Below the pieces are notes generated by a model. It saw only the letters and a list, made by a program, of their open reading frames with translations, was not told the origin of the DNA and did not search any database. From the NCBI GenBank assembly GCA_904063045.1, contig CAJFCJ010000024.1, forward strand, positions 372,001-436,000: a stretch of DNA of 64,000 nucleotides, in the 5' to 3' direction. This document shows, one piece after another, positions 14,187 to 29,482 of the stretch; position 1 is the first letter of the stretch; every line of letters begins with the position of its first letter. Source of the stretch: Dimorphilus gyrociliatus. Its lineage: Eukaryota > Animalia > Annelida. The position numbers and the translations under genes were made by a program.

Positions 14187-15567
14187 TTTGTTAACACCTA
14201 GTGAACACGTGAAACGCGAAATGAAGGAATGGTGCGAAATATGGTAGGAAATTAATATTTCGATTACTTACTAAAATAGAACGGTCGTGAAAATTATTCC
14301 TCTAATAGTTTATATGTTCAAAATTCATATGTAATTATTGAACATAAGATAATTTTTGAGATAAAATCTGTAGACGAAAATTCACGATTAGTTATTACCT
14401 ACTCTCGTTATATCTCGTTCATGGAAAGTCGATTTATTTCATATTTTCTAAGTATTTATGCTATTTCTCGATAATATTAAAAATTAACGTTATTGGTAAA
14501 AAATTTTTACTATTAAGAAAATTTTATACGAAAATATGACAACAACAATCACTGACGTCACCAATTTCTGTTTCACCGCGGGGAAGAGTGTTTAAGGTAA
14601 ATTTTTGCTGTTTTTTCGTATCTTATCGATACTTTCTTTGTTTTGTTTTGTCTGTACTTTCTTAAGGACCGATTAAGCATTTTTTCATAAATCTGTGTTT
14701 TATATTATCCTTTAACCTATCGGACCATTAAAATTCAGGTTTGCCTAATCAATAACTACGCCCGTCGGTATAAAATCATCCGTACTTTTCAGTTAACATT
14801 ACATCTGAACCATGTTGAGTGATAAAAAAAAAAGTTGTAACTGATAAAGAGCGTATTACCCTTTTCCAGGTGTAGGAAAACGATACTATAATAATGTTTG
14901 TGGAACAGTTGATGCTTAGAATCCATTGTTTAATGGAGATGGATTTTTTTTGTTGTCTAGGCTATAGATTTTTTAATAGTTTATAAGTCAATAAAGGCGA
15001 TTGACCGAACGAATTGTTTTGCTCTGAAAAAAGGAAAGAAAGCGTGACAAAGTGGTATTTTCGATGATGCATCGCGAAAATATCCCGTTTATTCAACGTG
15101 GTGTTAATAAGCCATATACTTGAAAGGGGTGTAAAAGAGGAAACAACTTATACGTATAAACTAATATCGAGTGGTATAGGGAGAAGGGTAGAACCAAAAA
15201 GAGACAAAAAAAACTGTATAATTTATTCAGCAGGTGGGCGTTTGCGGTAAATTGAGTGCACCTTCTGACGAGTTTGTCATTTCATGATAGAGCCAATGTA
15301 TACGCTATCAATAACCGGCGAGTTTTAAAGATACACTTTTCGACCTTTAGCTCTGCTTGTTCTTTGTAAGGATAGAGCTTATTTTTTTGCCAAGATTAAC
15401 TGATTATTTTCACTTAGTTGTTCTTAGGCGAAAATCAAACCAATTATTAAACGTTCTTCGAATAAAGAAAGATTTGCTGATAATAGATTGTCTAACTTAC
15501 TGACTGCGTAACCTATTTACCGCTTTTTATGTAAATAAAACATATTTCTGCAGGCAGTCGATAAGAG

Positions 15568-16586
<1,019 letters not shown>

Positions 16587-17024
16587 GAACGTTTCCCTCG
16601 TTTTTAAAATGTTTTAGAGTTCATAAATTATTTAGTAGCTTACTTTTATTATTTGTATTCTTCATGTATAATAATTATTATATATTTTTTTGAAATTGGC
16701 TTCTCACTTACACACCAGCGTTTTTCTGTATGTACTGTATTCATTATATTTATATATACTACATCATTATTTTTTATGTATACACATACATATATATATA
16801 TATATTAGTATATATATATATATGTATATATATATAATCTATACATATATAGGGAATAAGAGCGATAGAGTAAAAGGATGCGTTTCATAAAGGTGTCTAG
16901 TCGAAAAAGAAAACACATAAACACATTTTTTTTAAGTTTTTACTTTTCCATATATTTATCACTATAATATAATTTCATAAAAAAAAGCGTTTCTTTCTCT
17001 TTATTCTTTAATTATTTACATATA

Positions 17025-17057
<33 letters not shown>

Positions 17058-18739
17058 ATTTATATATAGCAGCTAGTGGTGTTAACTTTCATTTTTTTTA
17101 TTTCTGCACATAAATTCCGAAAGCTTTTCACATTTTATAGAAATTATAGGATCGCTTATAACTTTTACTATCTACTGTCTCCCGGAACTTCCTAAGCCAA
17201 AGGAAAGCGCGCATTTGTTTTTTTGTAATTTATAGCGTTTACTTTATGTGGCTTTCTAACTGTTAAGTGTATGACAGATTGATTTAGAGATCTAATACAA
17301 ATTACATTTCGTTTCTTTATATTTTTCTTAAAGCCGTAATGTAGAATTAATTAATAATATGATATGTCGATTGTTTTATTTCTTTTATATTAATTTATAT
17401 CTGTTTTAGTTTATGAAAAGGAATTATTGCAAACGCTTCTTAAGTTAAATTCTGTTTTAAGTGTAATATATTGATTTAGCAAACTATGTTCTTAAATATC
17501 TAACATACTCGTGGCTTTTTTAAGTGTGGTTACTACGGAATTTGGTTGAGTCATTGAATCAACGTCAAACACATATAAGATGCTCCAATCCCTTAGGTAT
17601 ATGTCGTATAAATAGCTAAAAAGCTCCCTTTACACGTCTCGTATCAAAATCGTCCCCTTCATTTTCTATTTTCAGCTCACTACTCTCTTCCTTTCTCTTG
17701 CTCTTTTTCTCCCCTTTTCGCCGCCCCCTTTCTCTCTACTACTTAGTCACCTCGTAATGGATGAGAAATAAGCGTCCTAAATTTAGAGCTCGGAGAGAAA
17801 TGCAATAATAAAACAGACAATGAAACCAAACTCGCGCAGGTCTCGGTGGTATTGCAGATTTAAAGATTATGTTATTCAACAGAAATCTTTTAAATATCTC
17901 GTATTTAAAGAAATAAAAAAAACAAGAGCCAGACAGATAGACAGAGAAGAGAGAGAGAGAGAATCTTTTCTTTTGTGTAAACAACACGTATATATTTATT
18001 TTTATAATTTACAACAGTTTCGTTTAAAGTTTACCCCAAAGGCCTATTGACAAGGATATTCTCTCCTTATGTTACTTATTCTATTTTATTCTTAATGTCT
18101 TTAACCTCGTCTTTTGTTTTTGCAAAGCAATAAAAAGTAAATTTTTCCCCTAATATAGAATTATAGTTTTATAGAATGTTTACTGTTGTTTTATTAAATA
18201 TATTTTTATATATTAGCTATTACATAATTATCTTTCCAAATATAAAATTAATTTAATAGCCATAATAATTGGCTGGAAAATAGGAATATTAAGAAAAATA
18301 TGAAAAGAGAGGAAACATTCCATTTATACTCTCTATTCCTTATGGAATGTACAGAATAATCTTGAAATTGTGGCTGACACTATCAATATTATTTATTTTT
18401 ATCAATAAAGAAATCCCTTAAATGCGAGAGAACTCGATACTCTAATTAGATACATTTTATTGTTTCTTGTTATTTTTTCGTTTTTAATACATATCCATTG
18501 ATGCTCCTTGTCTTTTTACGAGGAGAACGGAAGTTTTAGTTCATTTACCCCACTGTTAATTACTCTTGCTAAAGCTATTACATATACATATAATAATAGC
18601 CGTAATTTTCAATAAAAAAAGTGAATAAAAAATAGATTTTTCGCAGTTACGCCATCTGTAATTTTGTTGACCGAAATGGTTTTTAGTTGTCATTCCGTTG
18701 AGAGTTAATTAACGGAATTCAATAGAATAAAATTAAAAC

Positions 18740-19399
18740 ATGACGGAGAAAATAATCAACTTCAAATTAGAATTGGCTTGGTCGATTTTCGCAGTTTTAG
18801 GAGCAATTTTATCGGTAAAGAATAGCAACAAAAGGGCATAAAATTAGATAAATTGATAGTCTATTATCTTCTTTTCTATTCTATGATTCTCTATTTATAA
18901 ATAAAGAAATATTTATCTAGAAATATACTGCATTGTCTCTTTTACTAGAAAGTTGTTTTCTTTTCATTTCAAATTATAGGGTTCTGTAATGTTGATTCTG
19001 GCTCCAGCTTATATCGATCTGGCAAGAAACATTCGAGTTAGCTTGTATCAATTCTCAATAATTTTCACTTTCAGAGGAATAGGCGGTTTAGTTAGTACAC
19101 CTATATCTGGTAAATTATATGATAAGGTGAGTAGATGTATACAAAGTCAAAATCATAGGCATAATTATATTTAAGCTAAAGCTGTAATGAACATTTATTG
19201 TTATTATTAATTTCTATTTAAACAGATTGGTCCGGCTATTGTATTTACTGTTTCCTTAATTATACTTTCTGGTTCTGTATTAGCCATACCATTTATTACA
19301 AACTTTTACACCATGTGTTTTGTAAGTTTTGTACTCTATTTAATGGTCAACAGCTCAGCAATTGGTTCGTCAATTAAATTTATATCATTTTCATATATA

Positions 19400-19434
<35 letters not shown>

Positions 19435-20479
19435 AGATAGATATTCGATTATAATCGTATATACAGTATATATACACATACAGTATAATAGACCCACACA
19501 AACAGGCTGCTACACTCTAGGGTTTAAACTTTGGAATGGTCGCTTAAAATTCTTCACTCAGTTAATTAACCTCATGTTTGATATAGGACTTTTGACTACT
19601 CCTTATCTTATTGGTCCATTTCTATCTAGGAAAGAGCATACGTTCATTAAATTCGGAGCGGAAAATTATGATGGAATAGAAAGAAACATAACGAAAAGTA
19701 TGAGTGAAACCAACGATCAGTTACTGTACGTTCCATTTGCCATATACTCATCTTTAGCCTTCTTGATGGCTATATTTGCTTTTATTCTGTTTATTATTGA
19801 CAAGAGTTTTGTACTGACAAGAGAAGATAGAGTGGATGGGAATCAAGTAACAGGAAATAACCGGAAGGCGATAACAACCTATGTTCTTTTACTTGTTATA
19901 CTATTTCTGGTCTCAACAATAGATTTATGCCTAAATCAAATGTCTATGCCAATTGCGGAGAAACATTTGAAATGGTCCGTTGAGGACTCTATTTATTTTG
20001 CATCCAGTCCATTCGTGGCAAAGACTATTGCATGCATCATTGTCATTGCAGTTTCGCATATTGTTAATCCGGCCTCCATTCTCGCTATTGATATCCTTTT
20101 AATTACATCAGGATGCATTATACTACCTTTCGTCATTTACAAACCATTCTTTATTTGGCTATCAGCAATCATGATAGGAGCGGGAGGAGGTACAGTCTTC
20201 TCGACAATTTTATGCTGGAAGGATAACAAGATTCGAGTGACCTCGTTTATGGCTGGTATTTACGGTTGTACTTATTGTCTAGCTACCACGTTTAGCATTC
20301 AATTTTCCAGTTATCTAATGGAGAAAATTTCCTTCTCCAGTTATTTATATTTTATGCTTAGTTGTGGGATAGCATTAATAATTTTGCAAATAGTATGTTT
20401 TCAACTGGTTCGTTCTAATCAGACAAATTTCACTAATGATGAAAATGAGCCATTATTAAAAAATCATTCTGATAACTAG
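18740..20479 (+). CDS. Major facilitator superfamily transporter (MFSD4-like)
   Basis: Exons 18740-18814, 18980-19126, about 19226-19364, 19506-20479. Many hydrophobic helices, MFS motif-A-like region (SGKLYDKIG), PYLIGPFL, and a C-terminal dileucine signal (ENEPLL). Confidence 0.85.
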
Positions 20480-21469
20480 TAATAATCTAATTAAAAGCAC
20501 TATTATAATACATGCAAAAACATATATATTAGTATACTTTATATATATACTGTATATACACAGTATACTGTAAATATGTATATATAAGTTTATAGATTTA
20601 TACAGTATAACTGTTGTAAGGATCATTCATTCTATAGTGAACAACTGCAAAAATTAAATAGGAAAATTCGAAACGCTACAAGCCCTTAACCTGCCAATAA
20701 AATAATAGAAACCTTAAACAGTCTCGCAATCTTTGAAAGCCGAAATCTCATTGACTTCTCTCCTTTTATCTATTTATAGAAATTATCCTCAATGTAGGCC
20801 GCAATAAGGAATTGCTAACAAAGACGTATTATAATTTTTACACCTTAGATATACCATAGCTTTTGGTAGCGGATGATGAGTTGAAAGGAAGAGAAAATAA
20901 ATTACAAGTCGTCCTTAGTCATTCTTCAGTTTTATTTATCACTTTAACAAAGGAGAATTTTTTTCTTTAAAAATAAAGAGGATTAGGTCTTTAGTTACTT
21001 CCTAAAACTATTTATTAAAATTTTGTCTTACAAGGCCTAGAATTTGCTTTCTCTTTCCTTTTCTTTATCTTCTCTTGTTAAGTAAACCTATTTTTAGATT
21101 ATGTAGGCGTTTCTTAAGGGAATAGTAGAGAAAGGAAAGAAAAGGGGAAGGGAGGGGAGGGGGGAGGAGGAGAGGGAGAGAGGGAGAGAAAGAAAAAAGA
21201 GATAGTTAAACTAAATCATAGACTGTGACTATTTAAATATCCTTTATTTACCTACTATAACGCCATCTGCGTACTGTAAAATATGTTAAAAAACAAAGAT
21301 TTCTTTTTTTCTTTCTGTTCCTTTGAAAGAAAAAAAAGGGGAAAAAGTTATGTGATCAAAAGATTTTCTTGTTTTTCTTCTTTTCTCCCCTGTCTTCCTG
21401 ATTATCAAAAAATTAATGTAGTAATTATTCATCAACGTCCGCTTCTCGTCTTCTTCCTCCTCTTCTTTA

Positions 21470-22471
21470 TCAATATAACATGGCTTGTTGTTGATGAGCT
21501 TTAGTAAAACCCCAAGTTTGATGAATGTTACCCTTTACGTTAACAACCTTTTTAGTCGATTGTTGAATCGATTCATCCTGCTTGTAAAGCGATAATTTTC
21601 CACTAAATGAACCAAAGACGTTTCCAATAGCCTTGCAAGTTGGCGTTACAAAACACTCAAGAAAAGATTTCCATATAACAGATAAAATTCTTAAAACAAG
21701 AATAGCAAAAATTGACGAAGGTTGAAAAATATATACAATAATAAATTTGCATATTGCCATTAAAATTGCCCAAAATACCATTAATATCATTCCTAAAACT
21801 ATTGAAAGTGCAGTAAAAACGCCCAACTAATGAAGAAAAAACAAAAGCAATAAATTATTTAATATTGAAATAAAAAATTAAATATTTATATACCGAAATA
21901 TAGGCGTAAATCTTTTTGAACACTTCGTTAATCTCTTGGCATTTTTTAGGTAATTTTGGTCCGTAACTTTATCGTTTTTTAAAGTAACTTTTTAAAACTT
22001 GATGCTCTTTGTATTTTTTTTATTCATTAGCGAATTAATTAAATAGTTTATTAGGAAGGAAGTTTTTAACTTTATCTAATTTAAAAGGTTACTTTAAGGG
22101 TTCGGGTTGTACAAAAATATCGTCAAAACCTAGCTAAAAAATCAAACAAATAAACAATAAATTTATAAAGGATATACTGTACTTTGAAAAGAAATTATAA
22201 GCAAAAATAATACCGCAATAACAGGCTGTAGCAATTTACCAGTATCAATATCTAACTGTATTTCATCCACTTTCGAGGCCGGCCAGCTCTCTCTTACCGC
22301 TTGATTAAACGGATTTTCCCTTGGAAGGGTATCTCGCTTTTTCCTAGACGGAGGATGAGGTTGGCAATATTCTTCAGTAGTTTCTTTAGTGTCAACTGTT
22401 TGAACTTCGGGTAATTGTCTTTCATCAGGTAAAACATCATCGAAAGTTTCTGTTTTTCCTTCCTCGTCCAT
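21470..22471 (-). CDS. Divergent caveolin
   Basis: Exons 22471-22240, 22129-22093 (GFDDIFVQPEPL), 21966-21894, 21826-21470 join in phase. FDDIFVQPEP aligns with the caveolin signature FEDVIAEP. LSIVLGMILMVFWAILMAICKFIIVYIFQP aligns with [30 protein letters not shown], and FVTPTCKAIGNVF with VCDPLFEAVGKIF. Confidence 0.8.
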
Positions 22472-23393
22472 AGTTGGTTAATTTGAATTGGATATTAATA
22501 ATTTTTTATAAGAACTGCTTTATAGATTCGTTAAGGGGTAAAAATGTTATACGAGATAGTAATTCCATTAAAGAGCAGTTAGATACTAATATATTACAGG
22601 TCCTAATAGGAGAATATAATATGCATTTAGAGAGGCCTTTTCGTTATTTAATAGTCTTTTTACAAAATGTATAATTAAGTAGGAAAATATATAAATACAC
22701 GTGCATCTATATATAATTAAGCCAATTTGTTGTTATATTGCTATTAATCAGTATTTATTTCATATTTATTCGCTTGTTTCCCTTCACCTTTCAAAAATGG
22801 CCTTCAATCTTTACCAAGTACTAGTATAGTCCTTCCCCAAACCATTAATATTACCTATTCTGGAGCATGTGTTCATTTCTCTTCCTTCTTCAACCCTTAA
22901 TAACGTCTTTCTAACTAATTGCTTAACCGGTTTAGATAGTCCTGATTATTGGGGAATTTCTTTCTTCCTTTACCCTTCATCCTAATCCCATAATTATAGG
23001 GATTGTTGGAGAGAATTTATGAGATTTTTGAATAATATTTCTATTAATAATAGAGTTTTATCTTTTCGCTAGAGTATCCTTTTCCATATAAATTAGAATG
23101 TAATGTGTTATTAATTATTCTCAGTCACTGCATACTTTTAATTATTGGCCGAATTATAGAGTTTTTATCAAATAATTGTTTTTTTTTCCATTAAACTAAG
23201 ATGGCGTATATATAATATCCAGAATATATAAATATATCTACATATTAAATGAACGCTTTTTGTTCTATTTAAACCTCTTTAAAGGCTTCCTCGATAACCT
23301 AATTTCTAATCTGTCTGCTCTTAGTACAGAGGGAGAAGAATGCTTTTTAAGCTTAATTTCGTCCATATCACACGGCAATTTAAACATCATCTT

Positions 23394-23683
23394 TTATGCA
23401 TTCTTTAAGTAAATGAAACGTGATATGTCTCTTGCAATTTTTCTCAGTAGTAAAATCTTAGCTTTCTCAGTCCGTAGGGACGAAATTCTAGATTAACTTT
23501 TTTTTTGTATTGTTGTTCTAGTCACTCGTGTTATTTTTAGATTAAAGTTTGTCACTCGCATTCGTCATTGATGAGGGTCAGACTCATAGGATTATTCATG
23601 AAACTTTCAAAAATTGGAGATTGCTTTGTGCAACCGTCGACAATTTTCAGAAAGTCATCATTTATCCGTTCTTTAATCATCAT
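23394..23683 (-). CDS. Candidate small two-exon ORF (73 aa), unknown product, head-to-head with p38
   Basis: Exons 23683-23556 and 23487-23394 with a 68-nt GT-AG intron in phase. The donor is weak (GA|GTGACA) and I recognise no homology. Confidence 0.3.
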
Positions 23684-23809
23684 TCCCCAAAATGTTCATT
23701 GACATTATGTCTTACAATATATTTACTATCATTTCGGTTAAAACCGATCAAATAAGATCAAGAGTTTAGTAATAAAATTTATTATTAAATGAAATGGCTT
23801 TGGACAAGA

Positions 23810-23950
23810 CGGCCTCCACCTTTCATTTAAAAATACGCATGCGCACAATGAAGCACGAAAACTGGTAGAGTGTTGTTATGATTTGGTGAATTCTAGTCGC
23901 CTAGCACATGCGCAGTTAAAAGCTTTCGGACCTTCAAAATGGCTGAATAT
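23810..23950. promoter_or_regulatory. Putative (bidirectional) promoter upstream of p38
   Basis: Two GCATGCGCA-like (NRF1-type) motifs and an AAAATGGC (YY1-type) motif in a locally GC-richer island about 200-300 nt before the p38 ATG. Confidence 0.5.
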
Positions 23951-24134
23951 AGAGTACTTTAGTACAGTTTATTCTACAAAACATTAAGAGCGATTTGGCT
24001 TTTAATTCAGCTATTGCATTTGAATATACAGCCTCGGACGATTAGATTACTTGTGTAACAAGTTATTGACAAGGAACGAACTGTTATTCTATTGTCTTTT
24101 GGGATCGTCCACTGTTGTATGCATTTGATTGAAA

Positions 24135-27036
<2,902 letters not shown>

Positions 27037-28182
27037 AATATGAAAGAAAAAAAAAACAAACAATAGATGTAATTAGAGTTTATGTTATTTCCTTTCTGCT
27101 CAAAAATTGAAGAAAAAAGTTAAATTAATTTAACAAAATGTTTATTTTATGCAAAAAAAACAGCTTTTTAAGATTTTTTTTCTAGCTTCAGTTAAAACGT
27201 GATCTATTTTTTTCTTTTTTTTTTTTGCAGTTTGCCAATGTGTACAATATATTGAAAATCATGTTGTTACAATGTAAGACATTAAAAATGCAGTACAATC
27301 CTAAAAAAAAATTGTTTTATATTGAAATTTTTTTGCGTAAAGAATGCAAAAGTAGATATGTTTAATGAGAATCGAAAGAAATACGTATGTTTGAGGATTG
27401 AGGTTTCATCCTAAATTGAAGCTGATACAAAGCAATGATTATAAAAGATATACGTAATTTAAAATTTGAGTATCTTTATTTGACTACCTTATTATTTAAT
27501 GAAAAAAGCATAGTTTATCTCTTCGAATACATGCTCGATGCCCACTGTACAGGATTACATGCTTCATCAATATTGGTTGAGTTAGAACCAACAAATTTAT
27601 TCGCATAAAGATTTATATAATTTATTTCGACGAAAAAGTGCCTTGATTTTTGACCTTGTTAGAATCAGTAAATTAGGTTATACGGATTTCTAGAGTTCTC
27701 GTTATAACCAAAAATACGTCATTAAAAGTTAGATGGACAAAAAAACGACAATCTCTGTTCTATTCATATCCTAGCTATGACCATGCAGTGAAATTTGAGA
27801 ACAATTCGCAAATACATAATCATCACATCTGGGACTTTAGATTATAGGGATAAAGTGGTCTATAGTTCTTATTTTTACATACATAGATCATCTTAACTTT
27901 TGATACTTAATCTGTACCTAATGAAAACCTCAATCCTTGTTTTTCCCAGAATGATGTCAAGTCTCATTAAACATTGGCATACAATAATTTTATAAAATTG
28001 TAACAAATTTTTTTCGTAAGGACGAAAGTAAAACATGCATTGGATATTTTTTAACAAATGAATTTTTATTAGCTAATAGTATAGGTATACGTAAAGCATA
28101 CAAGTGAATGAAACTGGTGAAAAATCGTTTATACGATACCGTCCTTTAAGCTGCGGCAAATTTTCATATCGGATTCTTAAAA

Positions 28183-28704
28183 TTACCCCCTCGTAGCATA
28201 CATTTTGGTCCATTGTTTTGCGGTTGCAATAGCCTGAGCTTCGTTCACTTTCCATTGCTCAGCGACATCATTCTCTAGTGGATCATCAGGATTTGGTGCG
28301 CTCAAAAGAGCTTGAATACTCAAAAGTACAGTTCTAATTTGCAACGCCGGACTCCATTTATCTTTTAGAATATCTAAACAAATTCTTCCTAACTTATCTA
28401 TGTTTGGATGATAGATTTTAGTCATGAATCGGACTTTAGGCGCGCTCATCGGATATTCCTCTGGCAGAAATAATTCTAATTTAAAGGTTCCTCCTTCAAA
28501 AGGAGATTCTGCAGGGCCTTCTACAATAACGTGAAAGTAACGGGCGTTTCCTTCGTCTGGAACGGCTTTAATACCCGGTACCGGTTCAGCCATTAGACGC
28601 TGTGTCTCCTAGGTAAAAAATTTTCTATGATTAATCAGTTTACGAAATTTCATCACCTAAAGAGTACATACCTTGATAATACGTCTAGGCAATCCACCTG
28701 CCAT
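28183..28704 (-). CDS. UBE2N: Ubiquitin-conjugating enzyme E2 N (Ubc13)
   Basis: Exons 28704-28672 ([11 protein letters not shown]) and 28608-28183, 152 aa. Contains [36 protein letters not shown]. Confidence 0.97.
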
Positions 28705-29482
28705 CTTTGTGATAGCTTTTTTTCGGGTTTCTTTGGATTCCTAACCAGTTACAATATGGCGACCAGAGGAAGTGACAAAATTTTACTAATCAGTATTTTC
28801 GTACCCGAAGTAAAAAGAAGAAATGAAACAATATGCAATATTAAATTCGTTAATCAACTTTATAGAAATTTTATACGAAAATAATTATTCAAATATGACG
28901 TCAGTAAAATGGCGGTAAATCATTTCGAAATTTTCATAACTTACAGTATTTAAAGCAAAAATATTTTCTATGTCGATGTTAAACTATTTCTGAAAAATAA
29001 ATCGATTTTTGAAATCGAATGTCATTTACGTTTTCAATAGAAACCTTTGAATAGATTTTTAATTAATCTTTTAGATAGAAAATTTTCCTATTAATTTGTT
29101 CAAATGAGTCAAATTTATAATATTAAATCGTTGTATTAAACAAGCCTTGGTCAGCTTTTTTTTTTAAATATGGTTCAACAATGTTCGATTGTATTAAATA
29201 ATTATTCTTTTTCTAATAAGTAGTCTTGAACACAACAAATAAACACCACTTTTTTAATTACATCGCTAACTGCATTCATGAGCTCATAATTTACAAGAGA
29301 TAGCCGGTAGTTGTGTAGCGTAAACAATGGCACAGAATGCAACAAAAAAACAAAACATCACAATAAAAGCTATCGAAAAAAATTCTTATGTACAAAAAAA
29401 GTTTTTGGAATCTTAGTCACGCCTCTTCCACCCTAAATACTGGCAGTGAATAAAAAATTCGTATAATCAGTTTGCTTTAAGA

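Noticed and set aside
16690-18050. ORF-track entries at 16690, 17739 and 17820, and similar ones at 36516, 38057, 51992, 54718 and 55001
   Set aside because: They are driven by TA/GA/CT microsatellites or AT-rich composition, with no domain or splice support.
19365-19505. ORF track reads through this segment of the MFS gene (ORF 19313..20479)
   Set aside because: It is a 141-nt stop-free GT-AG intron containing a (TA)n run that would encode YIYIYI. The spliced product fits the MFS helix pattern better. Retention is possible but unsupported.
27520-27760. Minus-strand open frame ending ...EACNPVQWASSMYSKR* between p38 and UBE2N
   Set aside because: Joining it upstream needs a 29-nt intron and there is no start codon or recognisable homology. 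Probably 3'UTR or intergenic sequence.
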